NCBI GenBank assembly: GCA_963850105.1 | Contig: CAWKKA010000004.1 | Span: forward strand, 874,206 to 938,205 | Origin: an uncultured Actinomycetota bacterium | Lineage (GTDB): Bacteria > Actinomycetota > Actinomycetes > Streptosporangiales > Streptosporangiaceae | DNA length: 64,000 nucleotides | Direction of reading: 5' to 3' | Shown: positions 27,926 through 37,854 of the stretch, piece by piece | Position numbering within the stretch: the stretch's first letter is position 1 | How the letters are laid out: every line of letters begins with the position of its first letter | Translations under genes and position numbers: made by a program | The notes under the pieces: model-generated | What the model was told of the DNA's origin: nothing | Seen by the model: the letters and a program-made list of their open reading frames with translations, nothing else | Database searches by the model: none

Positions 27926-30187
27926 ATGACCGGCCCGAAAGCATGCCCAGAGCCAGCGTGCCCAGAGCCAGCGTGCCCGGAGCCAGCGTGCCCAGAGAAG
28001 GCGTGCCCGAGGAAAGCGTGGCCAGGAGTCAGCTACCCGCTCGGCGCCACCTACGACGGCGTAGGCACGAACTTCGCCCTCTACTCTGAGGCCGCCAACC
28101 GGGTCGAGCTGTGCCTCTTCGACGCCGCCGGGCCCGCAGGGTCAGGCACCGAGGAACGGGTCACCCTGACCGAAGTCGACGGATACATCTGGCACGGCTA
28201 TCTGCGCGGGGTAGGCCCCGGCCAGCGCTACGGATTCCGCGTGCACGGAGACTACGACCCGGCTGCGGGGCAGCGCTGCAATCCGGCCAAGCTCCTGCTC
28301 GACCCCTACGCGAAGGCGATCGAAGGCGAAGTCCGGTGGGGTCAGCCGGTGTTCGGCTACCGCTTCGGCCAGGAAGACGAGGCTGATGACAGCGACTCGG
28401 CCTCGTCTATGCCGCGCTGCGTCGTGGCGAACCCCTACTTCGACTGGGGTAACGACCGCCAGCCGCGGACTCCGTACCACCAGAGCGTGATCTACGAGAC
28501 GCACGTTCGCGGTCTTACGAAGCTGCACCCGGCGGTACCGGCTGAGCAGCGAGGTACCTACGCGGGCCTAGCGCACCCGGCCGTCATCGAGCACCTCCTG
28601 GACCTCGGTGTCACCGCGGTCGAGCTCATGCCGGTGCATCAGTTCGTAAGCGACGGCTTCCTCGCCGAACGCGGCCTGTCCAACTACTGGGGCTACAACA
28701 CCGTCGGGTTCTTTGCGCCGCATAACGCCTACTCGTCGGCCGGCCAGCTAGGCGAGCAGGTACCCGAGTTCAAGTCGATGGTGCGGGCGCTGCACAACGC
28801 TGGCCTGGAAGTAATCCTCGATGTCGTCTACAACCACACCGCCGAGGGCAACCACCTCGGTCCGACGCTGTCATTCCGCGGCATCGACAACGCTCATTAC
28901 TACCGGCTGACTGAGCGCCCAGACCGCAGCCACTACTTCGACACCACGGGCACTGGCAACAGCCTGCTGATGAGCAGCCCGCACGTGCTACAGCTGATCA
29001 TGGACTCGCTGCGCTACTGGGTGCTGGAAATGCACGTCGACGGGTTCCGCTTTGACCTCGCCTCCGCGCTTGCCCGCCAGTTCCATGAGGTGGACCGGCT
29101 ATCGGCGTTCTTCGACCTGGTCCAGCAGGATCCGGTGGTATCGCAAGCCAAGCTCATCGCCGAGCCCTGGGATGTCGGTGACGGCGGTTACCAGGTAGGC
29201 AACTTCCCGCCGCTGTGGACCGAGTGGAACGGCAAGTACAGGGACGCAATTCGCGATTTCTGGCGCGGCGACCCGGCCTCGCTGCCGGAGTTCGCCTCCC
29301 GCCTGATGGGCTCAGCGGACCTGTACGACAGTGACAACCGGCACCCGATCGCGTCGGTCAACTTCGTAACGTGCCACGACGGCTTCACGCTGGCCGACCT
29401 GGTGAGCTACAACCACAAGCACAACGAGGCCAACGGCGAGGGCAACACCGACGGCAGCGACGACAACCGGTCCTGGAACTGCGGCGCCGAGGGACCGACT
29501 GATGCTCCGGCCGTCCTGGCGTTGCGCGCCCGGCAGCAGCGCAACTTCCTGGCGACGCTGCTGCTGTCGCAAGGCGTGCCGATGCTGCTGGGCGGCGACG
29601 AACTCGGCCGCACCCAGGACGGTAACAATAACGCCTACTGCCAGGACAACGAGTTGTCCTGGGTGCACTGGCCGGCCGAGCCGAGCGTGGCGACCGATAC
29701 AGCTTCTATAACTTCCGAAAAGCTGGGAACGGGGCCGTCACTCGACTCCTTTGTTCGCACCCTGATCCGGCTCCGTGCGGAGCACCCCGTGTTCCGGCGG
29801 CGGCGGTTCTTCACCGGCGAAGCCGGCCGCGGTCGGCCCGATCATCTCAGCGACATCCGCTGGCTCACTCCGGCCGCGGACGAGATGACCGACGATGACT
29901 GGGCCGCCGGCTTTGCCAAGTCCCTCACTGTCTTCCTCAACGGCGACGCGATCGCCGAACCCGACCCGCGTGGCCAGCGGATTACCGACGAATCGTTCCT
30001 GCTGATGTTCAACGCGGCCGAGCACGGCGTCGACTTCACCGTCCCGGCTGCCGAGTTCGGGGAGCAATGGCTGAGCGAAATCGACACCGCCGACCCACAG
30101 CCGCCACCTGGCGGTGCGGCAGTCATCAAGCCCGGTGACAGGCTGACGCTGGCTAGCCTGTCGCTGCGGTTGCTGCGTCGTGTCTGA
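27926..30187 (+). CDS. glgX: Glycogen debranching enzyme
   Basis: [24 protein letters not shown]...VYNHTAEGN...GFRFDLA...EPWD... A GAGGAG RBS lies 5 nt before the ATG at 27926. Confidence 0.93.
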   Translation: MTGPKACPEPACPEPACPEPACPEKACPRKAWPGVSYPLGATYDGVGTNFALYSEAANRVELCLFDAAGPAGSGTEERVTLTEVDGYIWHGYLRGVGPGQRYGFRVHGDYDPAAGQRCNPAKLLLDPYAKAIEGEVRWGQPVFGYRFGQEDEADDSDSASSMPRCVVANPYFDWGNDRQPRTPYHQSVIYETHVRGLTKLHPAVPAEQRGTYAGLAHPAVIEHLLDLGVTAVELMPVHQFVSDGFLAERGLSNYWGYNTVGFFAPHNAYSSAGQLGEQVPEFKSMVRALHNAGLEVILDVVYNHTAEGNHLGPTLSFRGIDNAHYYRLTERPDRSHYFDTTGTGNSLLMSSPHVLQLIMDSLRYWVLEMHVDGFRFDLASALARQFHEVDRLSAFFDLVQQDPVVSQAKLIAEPWDVGDGGYQVGNFPPLWTEWNGKYRDAIRDFWRGDPASLPEFASRLMGSADLYDSDNRHPIASVNFVTCHDGFTLADLVSYNHKHNEANGEGNTDGSDDNRSWNCGAEGPTDAPAVLALRARQQRNFLATLLLSQGVPMLLGGDELGRTQDGNNNAYCQDNELSWVHWPAEPSVATDTASITSEKLGTGPSLDSFVRTLIRLRAEHPVFRRRRFFTGEAGRGRPDHLSDIRWLTPAADEMTDDDWAAGFAKSLTVFLNGDAIAEPDPRGQRITDESFLLMFNAAEHGVDFTVPAAEFGEQWLSEIDTADPQPPPGGAAVIKPGDRLTLASLSLRLLRRV
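27941..28030 (+). repeat. 15-bp in-frame tandem repeat x6 at the glgX 5' end, encoding (ACPEP)n
   Basis: gcatgcccagagcca / gcgtgcccagagcca / gcgtgcccggagcca / gcgtgcccagagaag / gcgtgcccgaggaaa / gcgtggccaggagtc. The last unit is the conserved AWPGV. Confidence 0.9.
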
Positions 30188-32867
30188 TGTGGCCGGGCAG
30201 GATTCGCCTGCGGCTAACTCGACCGCGGCTAACAAGACCGGGCAAGGCAATACGGTGCCGACCTCGACGTACCGGCTCCAGCTGCACCCGGAATTCGGCT
30301 TCGCCGATGCGGCTGACCTATCCGGGTACCTCGCCACCCTCGGAATCACGCACGCGTACTTGTCGCCGATACTCCAGGCGGCGCCGGGCTCGCAGCACGG
30401 CTACGACGTGGTGGATCACTCGCGCATCTCGGCCGAGCTTGGCGGCGAGGATGGGTTCCGCTACCTGGCCGGACGACTGGCACGGCACGGCATCGGCCTG
30501 GTCGTGGACCTCGTGCCCAATCACATGGGCATCCCGGCACCTGAGTACCTCAACCGCGAGCTGTGGTCGGTGCTGGCCCGCGGCCAGCAGTCGCCGCACG
30601 CCCACTGGTTCGACATCGACTGGACCACGCTCGGCGGGCGGATGCTGCTGCCGATCCTGGCCAGCACGCTGCCATCCGCCCTCGACGACATTCAGGTAAC
30701 CCGCCTTGCGGAGCTACCGGGAGCCGCGGGAGTGCTGGGTCATGATGACGCGCCAGTGCTGCGCTATCAGGGACACGTCCTGCCGCTGCGCCTCGGGACC
30801 GAGCAGCTGCCGCTGCCCGACCTGCTGGCTGCGCAGCACTACGAGCTAGCTTGCTGGCTGACCGCCGCGGCCGAGCTCAACTGGCGCCGGTTCTTCGACA
30901 TCAGCTCGCTGATCGCCATCAGGGTCGAGGAACCGGATGTGTTCGCTGCCACTCATGGCCTCCTGCTCGGGCTAGTGGCCGAGGGACTGATCGACGGCCT
31001 GCGCATCGACCACCCGGACGGGCTCGCCGACCCCAGGGGTTATCTGCGCCAGCTCGCGACCGCGACCGGCGGCCGCTGGACCGTCGCGGAAAAGATCCTC
31101 GCCGCCCGCGAGGAACTTCCGTCCGACTGGCGGTGTGCGGGCACGACGGGGTACGACGCACTCGCCGCAGTCGGTGCGGTCCTCACCGATCCGGCCGGCG
31201 TCGAGCGGCTCGGCAGGCAGTACATCGAGTTCACGGGTGACGCGGCTGATTTTGCGACGGCGGCATCCGCGGCTAAGCGCCAGATCGCCGGCCAGGACCT
31301 GGCGGCGGAGGTTGCCCGGCTCGCCCGGCTGCTCGGACGGCTCGACGAGCCGGGGGTGAGCGTTCTGCCGGCCGACGACCTGCGTTTGATCCTCATCGAG
31401 CTGCTCAGCGCGTTCGGTGTCTACCGGACCTACGTCGTTCCCGGCGAGCCTCCGCCAGGGCATAGCGCCGCGGAGATCGCAACGGCCACTGCGGCGGCAC
31501 GGCGTCGCCTGCCCAGGCGCCTGCATCCGGCCGCCGACACAGTCGCGGCGCTGCTACTCGGCCGGGGCGTCGTCGCAAGCCGGCGCGCGGTCCGGGACGA
31601 GCTGATCGTCAGGTTCCAGCAGACGTGCGCAGCAATCCAGGCTAAAGGCGTTGAGGACACAGCCGCCTACCGATGGACCCGGCTCGTTTCGGCCAATGAG
31701 GTCGGCTCTGATCCCGATCGGCCGACGGCCACCGCTGATCAGTTCCACGCATTTGCCCAGCGGCTCAGCGAGACGACGCCCGCCACGATGACCGCGCTGT
31801 CCACGCACGACACCAAGCGCCAGGAGGACGTGCGGGCACGGATCGCGGCACTCGCGGAAGTCCCGGCAGAGTTCGGACGCGAAGTGGCGGCCTGGCACGA
31901 TCGCGCTGTAGCACTAAGCACAGGCGTACCAAGCACGGGCGCACCAGGCGCGGGCACGCCAGGCACGGCGACCAGGGACGCGACGAGCGCAGCTGCGCCG
32001 CCGGACCCGCCGACCGAATACCTGATGTGGCAGACGCTGGTTGGCGCCTGGCCAATCGATGCCGAGAGGCTGAGCGGTTACCTGTGCAAGGCGATGCGCG
32101 AAGCCAAGCTAACCACCTCCTGGATCGAGCCGGACTCGCGCTACGAGGCAGCGGCCATCGGCTTCGCCGAACTAGCACTGACAGACGCTGAGCTCTCCGA
32201 CCGTATTGCCAAGTTCGTTGGCTCAATTGGCGCGGACGCATACGTGAACGCGCTCAGCGCCAAGCTCGTCCAGCTGACGATGCCCGGCGTGCCTGACGTC
32301 TACCAGGGCTGCGAGCTGTCCGGGCTGGCGCTGGTCGATCCGGATAACCGCGGGCCGGTGGACTTCGCGCGGCGGCAACTGATGCTCGCGGCTGTGGACC
32401 GCGATTATGGACCGCTGACGGCCGTAGCATTCGATGCGACCGCCGCAGAAGCGGGCGCAGACTCTGTAACCCGTCTGGACGCCGCCAAGCTGCTCGTGAC
32501 TTCCCGTGCCTTGCGGCTCCGCCGTGAGCATCCGGACTGGTTCGCCGGTGACTACCGGCCGGTGCCAGGCGGCGGCGTCGCCGCCGCGCACGTGCTTGCC
32601 TTCTGCCGGGCGGGCCAGGCGATCATCGTCGCTACTAGGCTGCCCGGCGGTCTGCGCCGCGCTGGCGGCTGGCGGGACACCGCGCTGCCACTGTCGTCGG
32701 GCCACTGGCGCGACGTGCTCACGGGCGGCGTGTACAACGTCGCCCCGAGCGAACTGTCGCGGCCAAGCGGCGGCACGCTGCTGCTGGCCGACGTGCTGGC
32801 ACGACTGCCAGTAGCGCTCCTGGTCCGGGCTGACGAAGCTGAGCCAGGAGGGGTAACTGCTGTATGA
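30180..32867 (+). CDS. treY: Malto-oligosyltrehalose synthase
   Basis: STYRLQLHPEFGFADAADLSGYLATLGITHAYLSPILQAAPGSQHGYDVVDH...LVVDLVPNHMG. The GTG at 30180 overlaps the glgX stop. Confidence 0.93.
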   Translation: MSDVAGQDSPAANSTAANKTGQGNTVPTSTYRLQLHPEFGFADAADLSGYLATLGITHAYLSPILQAAPGSQHGYDVVDHSRISAELGGEDGFRYLAGRLARHGIGLVVDLVPNHMGIPAPEYLNRELWSVLARGQQSPHAHWFDIDWTTLGGRMLLPILASTLPSALDDIQVTRLAELPGAAGVLGHDDAPVLRYQGHVLPLRLGTEQLPLPDLLAAQHYELACWLTAAAELNWRRFFDISSLIAIRVEEPDVFAATHGLLLGLVAEGLIDGLRIDHPDGLADPRGYLRQLATATGGRWTVAEKILAAREELPSDWRCAGTTGYDALAAVGAVLTDPAGVERLGRQYIEFTGDAADFATAASAAKRQIAGQDLAAEVARLARLLGRLDEPGVSVLPADDLRLILIELLSAFGVYRTYVVPGEPPPGHSAAEIATATAAARRRLPRRLHPAADTVAALLLGRGVVASRRAVRDELIVRFQQTCAAIQAKGVEDTAAYRWTRLVSANEVGSDPDRPTATADQFHAFAQRLSETTPATMTALSTHDTKRQEDVRARIAALAEVPAEFGREVAAWHDRAVALSTGVPSTGAPGAGTPGTATRDATSAAAPPDPPTEYLMWQTLVGAWPIDAERLSGYLCKAMREAKLTTSWIEPDSRYEAAAIGFAELALTDAELSDRIAKFVGSIGADAYVNALSAKLVQLTMPGVPDVYQGCELSGLALVDPDNRGPVDFARRQLMLAAVDRDYGPLTAVAFDATAAEAGADSVTRLDAAKLLVTSRALRLRREHPDWFAGDYRPVPGGGVAAAHVLAFCRAGQAIIVATRLPGGLRRAGGWRDTALPLSSGHWRDVLTGGVYNVAPSELSRPSGGTLLLADVLARLPVALLVRADEAEPGGVTAV

Positions 32868-34593
32868 CGGATTTTGAAGTGTGGGCTCCTAACGCGAGCC
32901 GGGTGCAGGCCTACGTCGACGGCCGGCTGCACGACATGGCGGCGGCGTCAGCCGGCTGGTGGGCGGTCAGAGTGCCGGGCACAGACCCAAATGCGCGGTA
33001 CGCGTTCCGCCTGGACCGCGGCGACCCGCTGCCCGATCCGCGGTCGCCGCGGCAACCCGATGGTCCACTGCGCGCGAGCCAGCGCTATGACCACGCCGCG
33101 TTCCAGTGGACCGATGCAGGCTGGCGCGGCAATCCACGTCCTGGCTCGGTCATCTACGAACTGCACGTCGGCACGTTCACGGCGGACGGCACCTTCGACG
33201 CCGCGATCAAGCAGCTCGACCATCTTGTGGATCTCGGCGTCAACGCAGTGGAGCTGATGCCGGTGGCCTCGTTCCCCGGTCAGCGAGGGTGGGGCTACGA
33301 CGGCGTCGCGCTGTGGGCCGTGCATGAGCCCTACGGCGGCCCCGACGGACTGAAGCGATTCGTGGACGCGTGCCACGCCCGCGGCCTCGCCGTGGTGCTC
33401 GACGTCGTCTACAACCATGTCGGGGCAGGGAATCGGCTCGCCGATTTCGGGCCGTATTTCACCGACGCGCACGTCACGCCCTGGGGCCCGGCGATCAACC
33501 TCGACCAGCCAGGTGCGGACGAGGTCCGGGCGTTCATCACATCGAACGCAATGATGTGGCTGCGTGACTATCACGTAGACGGCCTGCGTCTGGATGCAGT
33601 GCACGCGCTCGAGGACAGCGGGTCCGTACACCTGCTGGAGCAGCTGACCGCCGACGTGCGGGCGCTAGCCGCGCGCCTGAACCGCGAACTGGTGCTGATC
33701 GCCGAGTCCGACACGAACGATCCCCGCCTCGTTGCCGCGCCTGAGGCTGGCGGCTACGGCCTGGATGCGCTGTGGAACGACGATTTCCACCATGCCGTGC
33801 ACGCCGCCATCACGGCAGAGCGACAGGGTTATTACAGTGACTTCGGCTCAATGGCCGGGCTCGCCAAAACGATGACGCGGGCCTTCTATCACGACGGGAC
33901 CTGGTCGTCATTCCGGGGCCGGTCGCACGGCCGCCCGGTGGACGTCTTGATGTGCCCTCCTACCGGTTCATCGGCTACCTTCAGGATCACGACCAGGTTG
34001 GCAATCGCGCCGCTGGCGACCGGATCACGGCGAGCCTCTCGCCGGACATGCTGAAGGTCGGCGCCGGTCTGGTGCTGACCGCGCCGTTTACGCCGATGCT
34101 CTTCATGGGCGAGGAGTGGGGCGCACTGACCCCATGGCAGTACTTCACTGATCATCAGGACTCGGAGCTTGGCTCCGCGGTGTCTGCCGGACGGCGAGCC
34201 GAGTTCGCCCGGCACGGTTGGGTCGGCAAGGTCCCTGATCCGCAAGACGAGGCCACCTTCGAGCGCTCGCGGCTGAACTGGGCGGAGCTGGAGCAGCAAC
34301 GCCACCTCGACGTGTTCGCCTGGTACCGGGCGCTCATCGCGCTGCGCCGGGAGCAGCCGGAGCTGACCGATCCGGACCTGAGCCGGGTCGAGGCCAGCTG
34401 GGACGAGAGGGCTCGGTGGCTGCTAATCCGCCGCGGCCGGCTGCGGATCGGCGCCAACATCGGACCGGAGACGCAGCAACTGCCGGTCGGCGCGACCGGC
34501 GCGCGAGTGCTCGTGAGCTCGGCGGCCGGCGTCGCGGTGGCCGGTGACATCGTGAGCATGCCGCCAGCGTCCTTTGCCGTGGTCCGCGTCTGA
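32864..34593 (+). pseudogene. treZ: Malto-oligosyltrehalose trehalohydrolase, reading frame broken by an apparent 1-nt deletion near 33947-33951
   Basis: The N-terminal ORF (32864-34054) reads ...TWSSFRGRSHGRPVDV and then drifts out of frame. The C-terminal ORF (33952-34593) reads VPSYRFIGYLQDHDQVGNRAAGDR...MGEEWG... The combined length is 1730 nt; plus 1 nt it would be 576 codons plus a stop. Confidence 0.85.
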
Positions 34594-34606
34594 CGGGAGG
34601 CTGCTG

Positions 34607-34678
34607 TGTTTCAGCGCCACTGTTTCAGTGCCACTGTCTCAGCGCCACTGTTTCAGCGCGCCACTGTTTCAGTGCCAC
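34607..34678. repeat. 14-16-bp tandem repeat x5 (tgtttcag[c/t]gccac)
   Basis: Units at 34607, 34621, 34635, 34649 (16 bp) and 34665. The related palindrome tgtttgaaaca lies at 34703-34713. Confidence 0.9.
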
Positions 34679-34757
34679 CGCCCTCGGGAGCACCGCAGCC
34701 TTTGTTTGAAACAGCGAGATAAGGGGAGCGGGAGGGAACTCGAATTCAGGAGGTCCC

Positions 34758-35393
34758 ATGTCCAGCGGAATTATCGCAGTCGTGATCCTGGTGGTGATCC
34801 TCATAGCGGCCGCGATCGCTGCCGCCGCCATGACTGCCAGGCGCCGCAGGCTCCAGCAGCAGTTTGGCCCCGAATATGACCGTGTCCTCACCGAGCAGAG
34901 CAGCAGGCTGCGCGCCGAGGCGGAGCTGACCGACCGCCAGCGCCGGGTGCGCAAGCTCGACATCCGGCCGCTCAACGAGCACGCAAGACGTCAGTACTCC
35001 GCCGACTGGGTGGCCATCCAGGAGCAGTTCGTCGACTCCCCGCAGACCGCTGTTGCGCGGGCCTACAACCTGGTCGTGATGGTTATGACAGAGCGCGGCT
35101 ACCCGACCGACGACACCGAGCAAGTCATGTCGGACTTGTCGGTCGAGCACGGAGGTACGGTCGGTCACTTCCGGGCGGCGCAGCAAATCAGTGACGCCGC
35201 GGCGAGTGGTGAGGCGGCGACTGAAGATCTGCGCCAGGCCCTGATTCACTACCGGGCGCTGTTCTCCGATCTCCTCGGCGAGCCGGCCGATAGGCCAGCG
35301 GACGATACCGCGGGGGCCGATACCACGGGGGCCGATACCACGGGGGCCGAGCGGCACAGCGCCAGCAACTCTGCAACGGAGGTAACCAGGTGA
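34758..35393 (+). CDS. Membrane-anchored protein of unknown function (paralogue 1)
   Basis: N-terminal TM helix IIAVVILVVILIAAAIAAAAM. Domain W-x2-IQEQFVDSPQTAV...TEDLRQALIHYRALFSDLLG. AGGAGG RBS. DT(A/T)GA x3 repeat near the C-terminus (35304-35348). Confidence 0.6.
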   Translation: MSSGIIAVVILVVILIAAAIAAAAMTARRRRLQQQFGPEYDRVLTEQSSRLRAEAELTDRQRRVRKLDIRPLNEHARRQYSADWVAIQEQFVDSPQTAVARAYNLVVMVMTERGYPTDDTEQVMSDLSVEHGGTVGHFRAAQQISDAAASGEAATEDLRQALIHYRALFSDLLGEPADRPADDTAGADTTGADTTGAERHSASNSATEVTR

Positions 35394-36025
35394 CGTGGCA
35401 GTCTGATCACCGCATGGCCGACGATTCCATGATTGCCGAGACGCTCCCGGATGAGCCCATGCCAGCAGAGCCCATGCAAGGTGAGCGCCTGTCAGCGGAG
35501 CCTCTGCCGGGTGAGCCCCTGCCACCGGAGCCTCTGCCGGCTGAGGTCATGACGGATGAGCCCATGACGGGCGCCACGGCAATGGAGCCGGATGATCCCG
35601 ACCTCATCATCGTGGACTCGGGGACGGACTTCAGCAACGGTGCCGACCCCAGCGACGGCACAGCAGACAACGGCACCGACGCCAGCGGCACCGACGCCAG
35701 CGGCACCGACGCCAGCGGCGGCACTGTCGCTCCAGGGCTTGCGGCCAGCAGCGGCCTGAGCGAGCAGTGGCACGATATTCAGGCCATGTTCGTCGATGAT
35801 CCGCAGGGCTCGGTGAAGCGCGCGGCGCAGGAGGCCGAAGCGGCCGTCAGCGCGCTGGTCGAAGCACTCCGGCAGCGGCAGGCAGCCCTCGTCCCGTCCG
35901 GCACTTCGACTGCGCCAAGCGACACCGAGCAGTTGCGTACGGCGCTGCGCGGGTACCGGCTGTTTTGCGAGCGCCTGGTCGGCCTCGAGGAGCAGCTACC
36001 GCGTAGCGAGGCGATGGCGCTCTAA
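35390..36025 (+). CDS. Repeat-rich protein sharing the C-terminal domain of the preceding gene (paralogue 2)
   Basis: WHDIQAMFVDDPQGSVKRAA...TEQLRTALRGYRLFCERLVG. EP(L/M)P and GTDAS repeats (15-bp units, e.g. 35672-35716). The GTG overlaps the upstream TGA. Confidence 0.6.
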   Translation: MTWQSDHRMADDSMIAETLPDEPMPAEPMQGERLSAEPLPGEPLPPEPLPAEVMTDEPMTGATAMEPDDPDLIIVDSGTDFSNGADPSDGTADNGTDASGTDASGTDASGGTVAPGLAASSGLSEQWHDIQAMFVDDPQGSVKRAAQEAEAAVSALVEALRQRQAALVPSGTSTAPSDTEQLRTALRGYRLFCERLVGLEEQLPRSEAMAL

Positions 36026-36040
36026 CCGTTACGGCATAGC

Positions 36041-36080
36041 CCGAGAGGGCCAGTCGCGCATCGGCGCGACTGGCCCTCTC
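36041..36080. terminator. Perfect 18-bp-stem hairpin between convergent genes
   Basis: cgagagggccagtcgcgc (36041-36058), atcg, gcgcgactggccctctcg (36063-36080). Confidence 0.6.
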
Positions 36081-36249
36081 GTCAGCCAGCTGTTAGCGTC
36101 CGCAGCCCACTCAGCGGCGCGGTTGCGCCACCTGGCCTCCCGCACCGCTAGCCAGATCGCGGTTCAGCAGCCAGCAGACTAATCGGCGGCGGCGGCCATG
36201 CTTGCTCCGCGCAGCGAGCGTGCGGCGGCCTACCTCGTTGGGCGGTGGC

Positions 36250-36645
36250 CTACTTGCCGATCATCCCGTTCGCGGCTGTCGGGCACCATAGCCGCGTCTG
36301 CGCGGCCGACCCCTGTCGTCCCGCCTGACCACAGGTGGCCGACGACCGCGAGCTCAGGCCGGCGAGCACAGCCACGAGCACGAGCGCGACAGCTACCTGG
36401 CTTGCGATCAGCATCCGACGGCGCGTGCGGCGGCCCTGGTCCGTGAGCTTTCCTCGCAGCCACGTGACGACCGCGGCAGCACTGCGCCAGGCGGGGCCGC
36501 GGGCCAGCCGCTCCCGGCTCGGCGGTCCCTCGCTCCCGCACATGCGGGTGAACGTGGCGTACATGGCGGCGAGCCTTGGCTCGCTGCGCCGCAGCCCGTC
36601 AGCTATTCCGTCGAGGATGCGCTGCTGCGCTGCGGGCAAGCTCAT
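36250..36645 (-). CDS. DUF3040-like membrane protein
   Basis: MSLPAAQQRILDGIADGLRRSEPRLAAMY..., then the TM helix MLIASQVAVALVLVAVLAGL. Confidence 0.65.
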   Translation of the reverse strand: MSLPAAQQRILDGIADGLRRSEPRLAAMYATFTRMCGSEGPPSRERLARGPAWRSAAAVVTWLRGKLTDQGRRTRRRMLIASQVAVALVLVAVLAGLSSRSSATCGQAGRQGSAAQTRLWCPTAANGMIGK

Positions 36646-36679
36646 GTGTACTCCAAGCACTTGTGTCTGCAGTCGACAG

Positions 36680-36703
36680 CTACCCGGGCCGCGTCGTGCA
36701 AAC
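36680..36703 (-). promoter_or_regulatory. SigB/F-type promoter-like motif GTTTGC-N12-GGGTAG
   Basis: The minus strand reads gtttgc (36698-36703), a 12-nt spacer, gggtag (36680-36685). It lies 35 nt upstream of the 36645 start. Confidence 0.35.
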
Positions 36704-36729
36704 GCCGTGCGAGCAACAAATCCGGCGCG

Positions 36730-37734
36730 TTAGCGCCGGTACATGTGCAGGCGGATGGTCGTGCCGAGTTCGCTGGAACGGATCTCCGCGAGGTCGCACA
36801 CCTGGTTAACCAGCCAAAGGCCCTGGCCGCCGGCCAAGTCGCCGGCGGGGCGCCAGTGCCCGGCCAGCGGATCGGTGATGTGGCCGGTGTCCTCGACCTG
36901 GCAGAGCAGCTCGGCATCGGTCTCCCAGAGCCGGACGACGCCGCCGCCGTTGGTGTGCCGGAGCGTGTTCGCGGCGACCTCGCTAGCTGCTATCACCAGG
37001 TCGGTGCTCCGGCTTGGCGACAACCCTGCCTGGCCGGCGACAGCAGCGACGAGCGCCCGTACTGGCCGCAGGTCACCGTCGTAGGACAGCACCTGCGCGG
37101 TGGCCGGCGCCAGCAGCGGCTTGGTCAAGCTGTCTGGCCATACGGCCGGCCCGCGGTAGTCCGCGTTGGCCCGCTCGCTCCCTTCGCCGCGCAGCATCGG
37201 ATGCGCCCCGCAGGCGTCGGCGATGACCGCGGCGGAGAGTTCTGCGGCGTTGTAAGGGCACACGGCGCTAATCTGCGCTTCGGCAAATGCATGATTCAGC
37301 AGGCCCTCGTAGCGGGCGGTCTCGCGCAGTTCGGCGCCCGAACGGCTGACCCAGGCGGGCTCGCCCAGGTACCGCACTCGCTGACCTGGGTAACGGTCGG
37401 CGAAAGCGCGGAGTGCCGGAATGAGCCGCGCCGGATTGCCACCCAGTTCCCTCATATCGGCAACTGTCACGCCCGGAAGGCTGGGCAGCCAGCCATCGGG
37501 AACCTGCGAGCTCGGGACCACGACGAACACTGGCTCGCTGTCGGCGATCCCGGCCCGGATGAACTCCCTGATGCCGCCGAGATACTCGTCGGGAGCGCGA
37601 TAGAGCCAGGCAGAGTGGCAGAATCCGCCATCCGCCGCCCGGTCATTCACAGCCAACCCCCACGCGTCGCCCGCCACCTGCCACCGCAGGTAACGTGGGC
37701 GGGTCGTTCGCCGGGACCGCCGAGGCTGCTGCAT
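36730..37734 (-). CDS. MEDS domain plus RsbW-like HATPase (RsbA-type anti-sigma regulatory kinase)
   Basis: The N-terminus is HSAWLYRAPDEYLGGIREFIRAGIADSEPVFVVV (MEDS-like). The C-terminus is ASEVAANTLRHTNGGG...VEDTGHI...GGQGLWLVNQVCD (N- and G-box of GHKL serine kinases). Confidence 0.8.
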   Translation of the reverse strand: MQQPRRSRRTTRPRYLRWQVAGDAWGLAVNDRAADGGFCHSAWLYRAPDEYLGGIREFIRAGIADSEPVFVVVPSSQVPDGWLPSLPGVTVADMRELGGNPARLIPALRAFADRYPGQRVRYLGEPAWVSRSGAELRETARYEGLLNHAFAEAQISAVCPYNAAELSAAVIADACGAHPMLRGEGSERANADYRGPAVWPDSLTKPLLAPATAQVLSYDGDLRPVRALVAAVAGQAGLSPSRSTDLVIAASEVAANTLRHTNGGGVVRLWETDAELLCQVEDTGHITDPLAGHWRPAGDLAGGQGLWLVNQVCDLAEIRSSELGTTIRLHMYRR

Positions 37735-37854
37735 GCCACTGCCAGCTTCGCGGCGCGCCGACGCATTGTTCCGTGCCCGCCGGCCCGGTACCTTCCCGTC
37801 GCATTACGGTATATGCAGCCGGCCAGGTGTGCGTGTGCTTCTATTATGGGCCGG

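Noticed and set aside
33941-33955. Programmed ribosomal frameshift in treZ
   Set aside because: There is no slippery heptamer (the sequence is gacgtcttgatgtgc), and no downstream structure is evident. A simple indel or sequencing error is more parsimonious.
36646-37854. The 5' 400 codons of the 537-aa plus-strand ORF 36646..38259
   Set aside because: It runs antisense to the well-supported MEDS-HATPase gene. Its composition is Arg/Ala/Gly/Pro-rich, as is typical of high-GC shadow ORFs. Only the last ~134 codons (the STAS domain) look like a real protein.
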